32,000 nucleotides of DNA from Wigglesworthia glossinidia endosymbiont of Glossina morsitans morsitans (Yale colony). Its GTDB lineage: Bacteria > Pseudomonadota > Gammaproteobacteria > Enterobacterales > Enterobacteriaceae. The stretch lies in the NCBI RefSeq assembly GCF_000247565.1, contig NC_016893.1, forward strand, positions 390,001-422,000. Reading direction: 5' to 3'. Position 1 is the first letter of the stretch. Each line of letters begins with the position of its first letter. Shown in pieces: positions 1 through 10,583 of this stretch. The notes below the pieces were generated by a model. That model was given only the letters and a program-made list of their open reading frames with translations, was not told the DNA's origin and searched no databases. The position numbers were made by a program, and so were the translations under genes.

Positions 1-1
1 T

Positions 2-490
2 GGTACTAAAATTGTTAATAATGTTCAAGAAGGTTTTTTGGGAATTACTCCAAAAATGCAACCGATTATAGAAAAACATAAAACACTCATATATTATAAT
101 CCAATAACAGCACTATATATGTCCTGTAAAAAAGTAGTGCATGTTATATGCATGATATTGAAAATGTTAGTAAAATTATGTATAGGTCAACTAAGCTTGA
201 ACAATTTAAGCGGACCTATTTCGATAGCAAAAGGAATGTCGGATTCTATTCATCATGGAATAGTATATTACATAATATTTTTATCACTTATTAGCATTAA
301 TTTAGGAGTTATCAATTTAATACCCGTTCCTGTTTTAGATGGAGGGCATATTTTATTTTTAATAATTGAAAAATGTTTACGCTCTCCAATACCTAAAAAA
401 GTACAAATAATTAGTTATCAAATTGGTTTTACTATCATAATAGTATTAATGACTGTAGCAATCTTAAATGATTTTTTTAAATTAAAATAA
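2..490 (+). CDS. rseP: RseP site-2 zinc metalloprotease, C-terminal part (5' end outside window)
   Basis: Frame is open from base 2 (GTKIVNNVQEGFLGITPKM...). C-terminus NLIPVPVLDGGHILFLIIEK...IGFTIIIVLMTVAILNDFFKL matches the RseP NxxPxPxLDGG motif and tail. It lies directly upstream of bamA as in E. coli. Confidence 0.95.
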   Translation, partial: GTKIVNNVQEGFLGITPKMQPIIEKHKTLIYYNPITALYMSCKKVVHVICMILKMLVKLCIGQLSLNNLSGPISIAKGMSDSIHHGIVYYIIFLSLISINLGVINLIPVPVLDGGHILFLIIEKCLRSPIPKKVQIISYQIGFTIIIVLMTVAILNDFFKLK

Positions 491-520
491 AAATATTATT
501 AATTTGTTAAAAAAATTAAT

Positions 521-2938
521 ATGTATATAAAATATTCTTATTTAATAATTTTAATATGCATCAAATTTTCTTTTGCTATTTCTCAGAACGAAAATCAGTT
601 TGTAGTAAAAAAAATTGTTTTTCAAGGATTAGATAAAGTTCTCGAAGAACATATGTTAATAAATTTGCCAATACAAGTCGGACAAATAGCAACATCAGAA
701 AAAATATCAGAAATAATACGAAGTTTATTTAAAACTAATTTCTTTAAAAATATTAAAATATTAAAAAATAATAATACTTTAATTATACAAGTTGAAGAAT
801 GTGCAATTATTAAAGATATTATTTTTTCAGGAAATTTCACTTTAAAAAAAAGTATATTAAAATCTTTATTACAAGATAAAAATATCCAGATCGAAGCTCC
901 TCTATATCCTGCATCTATATTTCAAATAAAAAAAGCTTTAAAGAATTTTTATGTATTTTTAGGAAAAGAAAATACTAAAATTCACATCAATACATATTTT
1001 TTGCCAAAAAATTTGGTTACATTAAATATTAACATTCTTGAAAGTAAAAATGTTTTTATAAAAAAAATTGACATAATCGGCAATAAAAAATTTAAAAAAA
1101 AACAACTAATAAAAAAAATTGAATTATGTGAAAACAATTTTATTTCAAATTTATTTGAAACATGTATTTACAAAAAAAATCAAATTCTTCAAGCTCAAAA
1201 AGATTTACACCATTTTTACTTAAGTCGAGGATATATTGATTTTAATGTTCGATCTATAGAAACTAATATTACTGAAGACTATAAATTCGCTGATATCACT
1301 TTTAATATCTATGAAGGTGATATCTTTAAAATTTCTAAAATATTTTTTTTAGAAAATATAATTAAAACTTCAAAAGAAGTTAATATGTTTGCACAATCTA
1401 TTATTAATAAAACGTATAATGAAAACAGTATTATTAAATTAAAAAATATAATTAAAAATTTTTTAGAAATACACGGTTATAACAATCCAAAAATCTTTTT
1501 AGAAATACAAAAAAATTATTCTGACTTGACTGCTCAAATTTTTGTACATATAGATCTTGGAAAGCGTTTATATGTACATCGTATTTATTTTACTGGGTAT
1601 GAATCAACACGAGAAATTGTATTTAGAAGAGAATTAACACAATTGGAAGGCGATTTATTAAAGATTTCTAACGTTAAACAAGATATCAAAAAAATCAATA
1701 ATCTTAAGTATGCAGAAGTAACAGATATTAAAATTGAAGATAATATAAATATTCCTAATCATGTTAACATTTATTATCATATAAAAGAACATGCAATTGG
1801 AAAAATAGATTTTGGCATAGGTTTTGGAATACGCAATGGAATACAATTTCATTTAGGAATACAAAAAGATAATTTATTTGATAACGGAAGTTTTTTACAA
1901 ATGTATAGCGAAAAAAATCCTTATCAAACATATTTAGAATTATTTCTTTTGAGTCCATACCTCAAAACAAATGGATTATATTTAAAAAGCAAAATTTTTT
2001 TTAAAAATACTAATAGGTATAAAAAATATGCTGCGAAAATTAATTTACATAGTTATGGCGCAAATTTTTTTATTTCATTACCAGAGTATAAAAATAGATT
2101 ATTAGACTTCGGATTAGAATATATCCATAATTACACTTTACAAACAAAGTCAATAATAAATACTTGGAATAATTTACATAACGCCATACAATATGAATAT
2201 TTGAATTCAAACAAAAATCAAGAAATTTATTCAACAAAAAATGATATTTTTTTCATAACTCATTGGAACTATAGTACTGTAAATACAGATTATTTTCCAA
2301 CTTCAGGAATAAATAACAAAATTAACTGGAAGATCACACTTCCATGGTCTAACAATAAATATTATCAAATTTTTTTAAATTCTAAGTATTTTATTTCAGT
2401 ATCTAATAATCATCGTATAGCATGGATGATAGGTACATATTTAGGTTATACAAATGGGCTAAAAAATAAACAAGTGCCGTTTTACGATAAGTTTTACACA
2501 GGAGGATTTGAAACTATTAGAGGATTTTATCATAATACTGTAGGTCCGAAACTTGTTAATTATAATTGCAATTCGGAATTACAATGTTTCAACAATTCAG
2601 ATATGAATTTTAATATTCTTGGAGGCAATGCTGTTGCAATTACCAATATAGAATTAATTTTTCCTATAAGTTTTTTAACAAAAAAATATTATGATGTCAT
2701 GCGAATTTCTTTTTTTTTAGATAGCGGAACTACATGGGAAACGGATAACAAAAATACTATTTTTACGAAAGATAATATTAATTATCATATATCGAATAAA
2801 ATTCGTATATCTAGTGGAATTTTTTTAAAATGGCTTTCTCCATTTGGTCCGGTTTCCTTATCTTATGCCATTCCAATTCAAAAACATACTCATGATCATA
2901 TCGAATCTATTCAATTTAATATTGGAAAATTGTGGTAA
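521..2938 (+). CDS. bamA: Outer membrane protein assembly factor BamA (Omp85)
   Basis: 805 aa with an N-terminal signal-like segment, POTRA-like repeats, a C-terminal beta-barrel and a terminal FNIGKLW. Synteny rseP-bamA-skp. Confidence 0.97.
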   Translation: MYIKYSYLIILICIKFSFAISQNENQFVVKKIVFQGLDKVLEEHMLINLPIQVGQIATSEKISEIIRSLFKTNFFKNIKILKNNNTLIIQVEECAIIKDIIFSGNFTLKKSILKSLLQDKNIQIEAPLYPASIFQIKKALKNFYVFLGKENTKIHINTYFLPKNLVTLNINILESKNVFIKKIDIIGNKKFKKKQLIKKIELCENNFISNLFETCIYKKNQILQAQKDLHHFYLSRGYIDFNVRSIETNITEDYKFADITFNIYEGDIFKISKIFFLENIIKTSKEVNMFAQSIINKTYNENSIIKLKNIIKNFLEIHGYNNPKIFLEIQKNYSDLTAQIFVHIDLGKRLYVHRIYFTGYESTREIVFRRELTQLEGDLLKISNVKQDIKKINNLKYAEVTDIKIEDNINIPNHVNIYYHIKEHAIGKIDFGIGFGIRNGIQFHLGIQKDNLFDNGSFLQMYSEKNPYQTYLELFLLSPYLKTNGLYLKSKIFFKNTNRYKKYAAKINLHSYGANFFISLPEYKNRLLDFGLEYIHNYTLQTKSIINTWNNLHNAIQYEYLNSNKNQEIYSTKNDIFFITHWNYSTVNTDYFPTSGINNKINWKITLPWSNNKYYQIFLNSKYFISVSNNHRIAWMIGTYLGYTNGLKNKQVPFYDKFYTGGFETIRGFYHNTVGPKLVNYNCNSELQCFNNSDMNFNILGGNAVAITNIELIFPISFLTKKYYDVMRISFFLDSGTTWETDNKNTIFTKDNINYHISNKIRISSGIFLKWLSPFGPVSLSYAIPIQKHTHDHIESIQFNIGKLW

Positions 2939-3008
2939 AAATTAATTAATATTTTACTATATTTGATATTTAAGAAAATTTCATGAAAAATTTAAGGAAT
3001 ATTTATCA

Positions 3009-3512
3009 GTGAATACACGATTTTTAATATTTATTTTTATTTTTATTTCTACTTTTATTCATAAAGTATACGGATTTGAAAAAATTGCAATTATTAATTT
3101 AGTTAACATTTTTCAAAAATCTCCGCAACAAGCATTAGCTGCCAAAAAGCTAGAAATTGAATTTCAAGACCGCGCTACAGAACTTGATTTAATCCAACGG
3201 GATTTAAATGCAAAAATTGAAATTTTGAAAAGAAATTCAAAAAATATGGATACTAATGCGCGTAATGCATTAGAAGAAGCATTAACTGCACAACGTGAAA
3301 ATTTCTCTAATAAAGCTAAATCTTTTGATCACGATCAAATGCAAAGACAGCACGAAGAACAAAATAAAATTATTATGCAAATTAAAAATATTGTACAACA
3401 AATTGCACTTGAAAAAGGTTATCAATTAGTTATTGATTCTAATGCAATAATTTATTTTAATAATATTCAAGATATTACTGAAGATGTTTTAAAAAAAATG
3501 GATCAAAAATAA
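3009..3512 (+). CDS. skp: Periplasmic chaperone Skp/OmpH
   Basis: 167 aa, GTG start, signal peptide, long coiled-coil region, C-terminal 'GYQLVIDSNAIIYFNN..DIT'. Located between bamA and lpxD. Confidence 0.92.
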   Translation: MNTRFLIFIFIFISTFIHKVYGFEKIAIINLVNIFQKSPQQALAAKKLEIEFQDRATELDLIQRDLNAKIEILKRNSKNMDTNARNALEEALTAQRENFSNKAKSFDHDQMQRQHEEQNKIIMQIKNIVQQIALEKGYQLVIDSNAIIYFNNIQDITEDVLKKMDQK

Positions 3513-4543
3513 TGCTTTCAATTAGTCTTTCTGAATTATCAAAGAAAATATGCGCAAAATTATATGGAGATGACAATGTTATTATACATGGAATATCTTC
3601 CATAGAAAATGCTAAATCCGGACAAGTTACATTTTTATCTAATAGTCGATTTAGAAACAAATTATCTTTATGTAAAGCTTCAGCAATTATTATTTCTAAA
3701 CAAGATTTACCGTTCTGCAAACAAAATGCATTAGTAGCAAAAAATCCCTATCTTGCTTATGCAAAAACAGCTCAAATTATGAATACTGTACCAAAACAAA
3801 ATTACGGAATTAGTAAAAATTCTATTATTTCTAAAGATGTATTATATGGTAAAAATATTAGTATCGGACATAATTCAGTAATTGAATCTGGAGTAAAGTT
3901 AGGAGATAATGTCACTATTGGATCAGGATGTTTTATTGGTCAACAATCATCTATTGGATCTTATACACGTCTATGGGATAATACTACTATATATTATCGC
4001 ACTGTAATTGGAAAACATTGCATATTGCATGCTGGTAGCATAATAGGAGCAGATGGTTTTGGATATGTGAATGATCACGGAATTTGGGTTAAAATACCGC
4101 ATTTAGGCAGAGTTGTACTTGGTAATAATATTGAAATTGGTTCATTAACAACAATAGATCGAGGATCTTTAGATGATACATATATCGGAAATGGAGTAAT
4201 TATTGATAATCAATGTCAAATTGCACATAATGTAAATATTGGAGATCATACAGCAATTGCTGGAGGAGTAATTATGGCAGGCAGCGTTAGTATTGGTCGT
4301 AATTGTATGATTGGAGGAGCTAGCGTGATTAACGGACATATTAAGATTTGCGATCAAGTTGTAATTACAGGTATGTCGATGGTAATGCGTTCCATTAATT
4401 CTCCTGGTATATATTCTTCAGGCATTCCAGCACAACCAAATAAAAAATGGCGACAAAATACTGCATTAATAATGCATGTTAATAAGATTAAGAAAAAAAT
4501 ACAAAAATTAAAAAAACAAATTTCAGAAATTAATTTATTATAA
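3512..4543 (+). CDS. lpxD: UDP-3-O-(3-hydroxymyristoyl)glucosamine N-acyltransferase LpxD
   Basis: 343 aa with left-handed beta-helix hexapeptide repeats and motif GADGFGYVNDHGIWVKIPHLG...IDNQCQIAHNVNIGDHTAIAGGV. Start overlaps the skp stop (TAATG). Confidence 0.96.
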   Translation: MLSISLSELSKKICAKLYGDDNVIIHGISSIENAKSGQVTFLSNSRFRNKLSLCKASAIIISKQDLPFCKQNALVAKNPYLAYAKTAQIMNTVPKQNYGISKNSIISKDVLYGKNISIGHNSVIESGVKLGDNVTIGSGCFIGQQSSIGSYTRLWDNTTIYYRTVIGKHCILHAGSIIGADGFGYVNDHGIWVKIPHLGRVVLGNNIEIGSLTTIDRGSLDDTYIGNGVIIDNQCQIAHNVNIGDHTAIAGGVIMAGSVSIGRNCMIGGASVINGHIKICDQVVITGMSMVMRSINSPGIYSSGIPAQPNKKWRQNTALIMHVNKIKKKIQKLKKQISEINLL

Positions 4544-4652
4544 AATAAATTAACAATTTTATTTTTTATTTTATTTAAATAGCAAATTATTTGTGCTTTT
4601 TAGTTTTAGCATTATGTTACATTAATACAACGCTTTAAACAGGAAAAGTGTT

Positions 4653-5120
4653 TTGACTACTAACAATAATACTCTGAATATCGAAGAGATATTAGAATTT
4701 TTACCTCATCGTTTTCCATTTTTACTTGTTGATCGTGTTTTAGATTTTGAAAAAGGAAAATTTTTACGTGCAATTAAAAATGTCTCTTTTAATGAACCAT
4801 TTTTTCAAGGACATTTTCCAGGTAATCCAATTTTTCCAGGTGTACTTATTCTTGAAGCGATGGCACAAGCAACTGGAATTTTAGCATTTAAAAGTTCAGG
4901 AAAATTATCTCCTGGAGAATTATATTATTTCGCTGCTGTTGATCAAGCACGATTTAAGAAACCTGTTCAACCAGGAGATCAAATGATTTTACAAGTAACT
5001 TTTATTAAAGAGCGTCGAGGTGTAGCAAGATTTAATGGAGTTGCAAAAGTAGATAGTCACATAATTTGTGAAGCGTCGATGATGTGCGCTCGTAGACGGG
5101 GATTAAATGTTCGTGATTAA
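4653..5120 (+). CDS. fabZ: 3-hydroxyacyl-[acyl-carrier-protein] dehydratase FabZ
   Basis: 155 aa, TTG start; [13 protein letters not shown]...[29 protein letters not shown] is the FabZ signature and very close to E. coli. Confidence 0.97.
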   Translation: MTTNNNTLNIEEILEFLPHRFPFLLVDRVLDFEKGKFLRAIKNVSFNEPFFQGHFPGNPIFPGVLILEAMAQATGILAFKSSGKLSPGELYYFAAVDQARFKKPVQPGDQMILQVTFIKERRGVARFNGVAKVDSHIICEASMMCARRRGLNVRD

Positions 5121-5901
5121 TCAATCTGCTTTCGTGCATCCTAGCGCTATTATTAACGAAAATGCTATTATTCATGCAAACGTTTGCATTGGACCATTTT
5201 GTTTTATTGATGCACAAGTTGAAATTGGTGCACGCACCATATTAAAATCACATGTAATTATTAACGGTTTAACACATTTAGGAGAAGATAATTCTATTTA
5301 TCAATTTTCATCTATCGGAGAAGTAAATCAAGATCTCAAATATTCCGGAGAAAAAACTCGTGTTTGTATTGGAGATAGAAATATTATTCGAGAAAATTCT
5401 ACAATTCATCGTGGTACAATACAAGGACATAGTATAACAAAAATTGGTAATGATAATTTATTCATGGTCAATGTACATATAGCACATGATTGTATAATAG
5501 GTAATAATTGCATTTTAGCGAATAATGTAACCCTAGGAGGTCATGTAAAAATTGAAGACTATGTCATTATAGGAGGAATGACCGCCATACATCAAAATTG
5601 CATAATTGGACCACATGTAATGATTGGTGGATGCTCTGGAGTATCTCAAGACATACCTCCTTTCATTCTTGCGCAGGGAAATCATGCTAAGCCTTTTGGA
5701 ATCAATATAGAAGGCTTAAAACGTCGAGGTTTTGATAAAAAAACAAGAATTGCTATTCGAAATGCTTATAAAATTATTTATCGTAGAGGAAATACCCTAG
5801 AAAATATTAAATATGAGCTTAAAAAACTCGCTAAATCACATAAAATTATTTATTTATTTTTAGATTTTTTTACACAATCCAAACGAGGAATTATTAGATA
5901 A
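5107..5901 (+). CDS. lpxA: UDP-N-acetylglucosamine acyltransferase LpxA
   Basis: 264 aa of hexapeptide repeats, '[25 protein letters not shown]', '[16 protein letters not shown]', 'GLKRRGF'. Overlaps the fabZ 3' end by 14 nt. Confidence 0.96.
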   Translation: MFVINQSAFVHPSAIINENAIIHANVCIGPFCFIDAQVEIGARTILKSHVIINGLTHLGEDNSIYQFSSIGEVNQDLKYSGEKTRVCIGDRNIIRENSTIHRGTIQGHSITKIGNDNLFMVNVHIAHDCIIGNNCILANNVTLGGHVKIEDYVIIGGMTAIHQNCIIGPHVMIGGCSGVSQDIPPFILAQGNHAKPFGINIEGLKRRGFDKKTRIAIRNAYKIIYRRGNTLENIKYELKKLAKSHKIIYLFLDFFTQSKRGIIR

Positions 5902-5907
5902 TTGAAT

Positions 5908-7056
5908 ATGCAATATATTTCAATCGGCATAGTAGTCGGAGAAATTTCTGGAGATTTAATTGGCGCAAGTTTAATAAAAACTTTAAATAGTTTAATGCCA
6001 AACATTAAATTTTTTGGAATGACAGGACCAGAGATGCTAAAGGAAAAAAATGTTGAATCTTGGTATTCAATAGATGAATTGTCAATCATAGGAATTACTG
6101 AAGTTTTATGGAAAATTCCTAAAATTATTAAAATTAGAAAAATTTTAATTAAAAAATTTATTTTTTTAAAACCTGATTTATTTATTGGTATTGATGCTCC
6201 AGAATTTAATCTTGATTTAGAATTAGCATTAAAAAAAAAAGGCATAAAAACTATGCATTATATCGGGCCATCTATATGGGCTTGGAGAAAAAATAGAATA
6301 TTCAAAATTAAAAAAGCTATCGATAAAATCTTAGTTATATTACCTTTTGAAAAAAAAATATATGATTATTTTCATATACCATGTAAATTTATTGGACATC
6401 CATTAGCAGATAAAATACCTATTCATCCAAATAAATCTAAAATACGTTCTATTCTAGGTATTCAAAAAAAAACACCTTGCTTAGCTTTACTTCCAGGAAG
6501 TCGTATCGCTGAAATTAATCTATTAAGTGAACGTTTTTTAAATGCTGCAAAAATTATAAAATATCATTTTCCAGAACTTAAAATTTTAGTTCCAATGGCA
6601 AATTTCTTTTTAAGAAAAAGATTTACATATATTCAATCTCGAGTTGCACCTGAACTACCAATAAAGATTTTAAACAAAAGTTCTTATAAAATTTTAGCAT
6701 GTTCAGATGCTGCAATTGTTGCTTCTGGAACAGCTACATTAGAGTGCATGTTAGCAAAGTGTCCCATGGTTGTTGGATATTATATGACAACATTTAATTT
6801 TATTTTGTTAAAAATTTTAGTGTATACTAAATGGATATCACTACCTAATCTAATTGCAAAAAAATCCATTGTATCAGAAAAAATACAGCAAGAATGTTGT
6901 CCAGAAATTTTAGCAAAAGAAATTTTATCTTTTTTCAATGATCCACAAAAAACAAAAAAAATAAAAAATATATTTTATAATTTACATAACAAAATACGCT
7001 GTAATGCAGATTATAAAGCTGCCCGTTCTGCTTTATCTCTATTAAAGATAACGTGA
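5908..7056 (+). CDS. lpxB: Lipid-A-disaccharide synthase LpxB
   Basis: About 382 aa: 'GEISGDLIGASLI', 'GPSIWAWRKNRIFKIKK', 'GHPLADK', 'LLPGSRIAEI', 'ASGTATLECM'. The ORF can also begin at TTG 5902; ATG 5908 is preferred. Confidence 0.95.
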   Translation: MQYISIGIVVGEISGDLIGASLIKTLNSLMPNIKFFGMTGPEMLKEKNVESWYSIDELSIIGITEVLWKIPKIIKIRKILIKKFIFLKPDLFIGIDAPEFNLDLELALKKKGIKTMHYIGPSIWAWRKNRIFKIKKAIDKILVILPFEKKIYDYFHIPCKFIGHPLADKIPIHPNKSKIRSILGIQKKTPCLALLPGSRIAEINLLSERFLNAAKIIKYHFPELKILVPMANFFLRKRFTYIQSRVAPELPIKILNKSSYKILACSDAAIVASGTATLECMLAKCPMVVGYYMTTFNFILLKILVYTKWISLPNLIAKKSIVSEKIQQECCPEILAKEILSFFNDPQKTKKIKNIFYNLHNKIRCNADYKAARSALSLLKIT

Positions 7057-7094
7057 AATAAAATCAAAATGTTGTACTTAAAGGAAATATAAAC

Positions 7095-10000
7095 ATGTCC
7101 GAACCATGCTTTGTGCATTTAAAAATACATAGCGATTATTCTATTATAGACGGTTTATCTAAAATAGAAGATATTTTAAGCCAAGCTAAAAAACTTAATA
7201 TGCCCGCTATAGCTATTACAGATTTTACTAATATATATGGATTTATTAAATTTTATACTACTGCACATAAATTAGGAATTAAGGCAATTGTTGGTGCAGA
7301 TTTTTTATTAAAACATGTTGTATATTTAAAAGAAGAAATTTCTGAAATTACTATTCTTGCAGCTAATAACATTGGGTATCATAATTTAATTATGCTTATT
7401 TCTAAAGCTTACCGATATGGATATACAGATGTAGGTCCAACAATTAATCGTAATTGGTTAGTGCAATATAGTTCAGGATTAATTATTTTGTCTGGATCGA
7501 TGTTTGGTGAATTAGGCAAATATCTGGAAAAAAACGAACAAGATAATATTATAAATTGCATCAATTTTTATAAAAAATATTTTTACAACCGATTTTATTT
7601 AGAATTAATACGCGTTGGATATAGAAATGAAGAAAACTACATTCAATCAGCATTAAAAATATCGTTAAAATATCATATTCCTGTCGTAGCAACGAATAAA
7701 GTCTGTTTTATTCATCCTAAAAATTTTCAATCACACATGGTAAAAATGGCAATTTATAAAAACACTACATTAAAAAATTTAAAAATTACACAATATACTA
7801 CTAATCAGTATATGCGTAGTTCAGAAGATATGTGTATTTTGTTTTCTGATATACCAGAAGCGTTAAAAAATAGTGTAGAAATTTCAAAACGGTGCAACGT
7901 AACTGTAAATTTAAAAAAAAATCACCTACCAAAAATTTTTACGAAAAATTTTTCTTCAGAAGAGTATTTAAAAAAATGTGTAAAATTAGGTTTAGAAGAA
8001 AGATTGAAAATAAAATTTCCATCTGAACTAAAAAAAAATATTCATAGAAAAAAATATGATATCCGCATAAAACATGAACTTAATATAATTAATAAAATGC
8101 AATTTTCTAGTTATTTTTTGATTGTTATGAAATTTATAAAATGGGCGAAAGAAAATCGTATTCCAGTTGGTCCAGGTAGAGGATCTGGTGCAGGATCTTT
8201 AGTAGCATACGCATTAAACATTACCGATATTGACCCATTGAAATTTGGATTGATCTTTGAAAGATTTTTAAATCCGGAAAGAATTTCTATGCCCGATCTA
8301 GATATAGATTTTTGTATGGAAAAAAGAGATCTAGTAATTGATTATGTTATTCAAGTATATGGAGAAAAATCTGTTGCACAAATTATTACTTTTGGAACTA
8401 TGACAGCAAGATCTGTAATTCGAGACGTCGGCAGAGTGTTAGGATACCCATATGCATTTGTAGATAGAATTTCAAAATTAATTCCATTAGATTTTGGAAT
8501 AACTTTACAAAAATCTTTAATAACTGTAAAACAATTACAGCAACTATATAATAGTGACGAAGAAGTAAAAACAATTATTAATATGGCAAAAAATCTCGAA
8601 GGTTCTATAAAAAATGTTGGAAAACATGCTGGAGGAATAGTAATTGCGCCAAATAAAATTACTAACTTTACTCCAATATATTATGATTTTAAAAATCATA
8701 CTCAACTTACTCAATTTGATAAAGATGATATCGAAAAAGTAGGATTAGTAAAATTTGATTTTTTAGGTTTACGTACACTTACTGTAATTGATTGGACTGT
8801 AAAAATAATCAACAGAAAAAAATCAGCAAAAAATCTGGATTTAATAAATATTGTTGATATTGATTTAAATGATACAAAAAGTTTTAATACATTAAAAAAA
8901 GCGCAGACTACTGCTATCTTCCAATTAGAATCTAAAGGCATTAGAGAATTGATTAAAAGATTACAACCAGATTGTTTTGAAGATATTATTGCTTTAGTTG
9001 CATTATTTCGTCCGGGCCCATTAAAATCAGGAATGGTAGAAAATTTTATTAATAGAAAACATGGTCGTGAAAAAATTGCTTATCCTGACCCAATATGGCA
9101 ACATAAATTGTTAGAACCAATTTTACAATCAACTTATGGCATTATTTTATATCAAGAGCAAGTAATGAATATTGCTCAAATTTTAGCAGGATATTCTTTA
9201 GGAGAAGCAGATATTCTAAGAAGAGCAATGGGCAAAAAAAAACAGCAAGAAATGTCAGAACAACGTGCAAGATTTAAATCTGGTGCTTTAAAAAAAGGAA
9301 TTAATGAAATTTTTTCAATGAAAATATTTGATTTATTAGAAAAATTTTCCGGATACGGCTTTAACAAATCTCATTCAACAGCATACGCTTTACTTTCTTA
9401 TCAAACATTGTGGTTAAAAACACATTATCCGTCTGAATTTATGGCAGCAGCTATGAGTGCCGATATAGATAATACTGAAAAAATTATTATTTTATCAGAA
9501 GAATGCAAAAATTTAGGCATTAAAATTCTTTCTCCAAATATCAACATTGGTAATTATTATTTTCGTTCAGAAAATAATACAATTATATATGGATTAGGTG
9601 CAATTAAAGGTGTCGGAGTTTCTTCGGTACAAGATATTATAAAACAATTAAAAAAAGATGGAAATTTTAAAAATATATTTGATTTATGTGCACGTACAGA
9701 TTCTAAAAAATTAAGTCAAAGAGTTATAGAAAAATTAATTTATTCGGGAGCCTTGGATACGTTACAAAAAAATCGTTTCAATAGCATACAAGAGTTGCCA
9801 AATGCTATAAAATATGCGCGTCAAAAAACAACAAATGTTCTTTATAAACAAACAGACATGTTTCATAAAATTTTAAATTCATTTCAAATGAAAAAAAATA
9901 TTACTCGTAATGAACCAAAAAATTTTTTGTTTGATCATTTTCATTTTTTAGAAGAAGAAAAAAATGCTTTAGGATTTTATTTAAGTGCACATCCGATTCA

Positions 10001-10577
10001 AAAGTATTTAAAAGAGCTTCTTCATTATTCAAACGGAAAATTTTTGAAAGATATTAAATCTAGTTTAAAAGGACAAAATAGAACAGTGTTTGGTATTATA
10101 TCTTCAATTAAAATGATACGCGATAAATCTGGAAATTATTTTCAATCATTAATTTTAGATGATTCTTCAAAAAAATTAGAAATAATATTAAATTCTGAAT
10201 TATCTAATAAATATAAAAATATTATTAAAAAAAATAAAATTATTCTTTTAAATGGAAAAATTTTATTTCAAAAAAATTATTTGAGAATTTTTTGCAAAAA
10301 ATTAATGAGTATAGATGAAGCTCGAAAAAAATATGTAAAAAAAATCAACTTATTTTTATCATATCATAAAGATTTAAATAATTTATCAGAAAATATACGT
10401 ACACTTTTAAATAAAGAAAAAACAGGAAATATATTAATTGAATTTTTTACTAAAAATAAGAATAATATAATTAAATTATATGATACAGAAAAATTTTATA
10501 TAGAACCTACAGAAAAAACGATTAAAAATATATATTTAATACAACATATTAGAAAAGTTCATTTTGAATTTTATTAA
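7095..10577 (+). CDS. dnaE: DNA polymerase III alpha subunit
   Basis: 1160 aa, PHP domain start '[18 protein letters not shown]', catalytic '[16 protein letters not shown]' and '[13 protein letters not shown]'. The gene is full length. Confidence 0.98.
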   Translation: MSEPCFVHLKIHSDYSIIDGLSKIEDILSQAKKLNMPAIAITDFTNIYGFIKFYTTAHKLGIKAIVGADFLLKHVVYLKEEISEITILAANNIGYHNLIMLISKAYRYGYTDVGPTINRNWLVQYSSGLIILSGSMFGELGKYLEKNEQDNIINCINFYKKYFYNRFYLELIRVGYRNEENYIQSALKISLKYHIPVVATNKVCFIHPKNFQSHMVKMAIYKNTTLKNLKITQYTTNQYMRSSEDMCILFSDIPEALKNSVEISKRCNVTVNLKKNHLPKIFTKNFSSEEYLKKCVKLGLEERLKIKFPSELKKNIHRKKYDIRIKHELNIINKMQFSSYFLIVMKFIKWAKENRIPVGPGRGSGAGSLVAYALNITDIDPLKFGLIFERFLNPERISMPDLDIDFCMEKRDLVIDYVIQVYGEKSVAQIITFGTMTARSVIRDVGRVLGYPYAFVDRISKLIPLDFGITLQKSLITVKQLQQLYNSDEEVKTIINMAKNLEGSIKNVGKHAGGIVIAPNKITNFTPIYYDFKNHTQLTQFDKDDIEKVGLVKFDFLGLRTLTVIDWTVKIINRKKSAKNLDLINIVDIDLNDTKSFNTLKKAQTTAIFQLESKGIRELIKRLQPDCFEDIIALVALFRPGPLKSGMVENFINRKHGREKIAYPDPIWQHKLLEPILQSTYGIILYQEQVMNIAQILAGYSLGEADILRRAMGKKKQQEMSEQRARFKSGALKKGINEIFSMKIFDLLEKFSGYGFNKSHSTAYALLSYQTLWLKTHYPSEFMAAAMSADIDNTEKIIILSEECKNLGIKILSPNINIGNYYFRSENNTIIYGLGAIKGVGVSSVQDIIKQLKKDGNFKNIFDLCARTDSKKLSQRVIEKLIYSGALDTLQKNRFNSIQELPNAIKYARQKTTNVLYKQTDMFHKILNSFQMKKNITRNEPKNFLFDHFHFLEEEKNALGFYLSAHPIQKYLKELLHYSNGKFLKDIKSSLKGQNRTVFGIISSIKMIRDKSGNYFQSLILDDSSKKLEIILNSELSNKYKNIIKKNKIILLNGKILFQKNYLRIFCKKLMSIDEARKKYVKKINLFLSYHKDLNNLSENIRTLLNKEKTGNILIEFFTKNKNNIIKLYDTEKFYIEPTEKTIKNIYLIQHIRKVHFEFY

Positions 10578-10583
10578 GATATT

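Noticed and set aside
622-840. 72 aa minus-strand ORF
   Set aside because: Fully antisense to bamA, low-complexity translation, no recognisable family. Chance ORF.
1658-1958. Two 64 aa minus-strand ORFs inside bamA
   Set aside because: Antisense to well-supported bamA coding sequence. No family resemblance.
2983-3012. Short ATG reading frame upstream of skp (MKNLRNIYQ*)
   Set aside because: Nine codons only, out of frame with skp and overlapping its GTG start. Could be leader-like but there is no support beyond chance.
3475-3720. 81 aa minus-strand ORF at lpxD start
   Set aside because: Antisense to lpxD, no family match.
4169-4357. 62 aa minus-strand ORF in lpxD
   Set aside because: The Asn/Ser/His-rich translation is the antisense shadow of hexapeptide repeats.
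5032-5217. 61 aa minus-strand ORF across fabZ/lpxA
   Set aside because: Antisense shadow of two well-supported genes.
5850-6245. 131 aa minus-strand ORF over lpxA/lpxB
   Set aside because: Relatively long but entirely antisense to conserved lpxA/lpxB. Composition is typical of a shadow ORF.
8711-9367. Two minus-strand ORFs (76 and 63 aa) in dnaE
   Set aside because: Antisense to conserved dnaE sequence.
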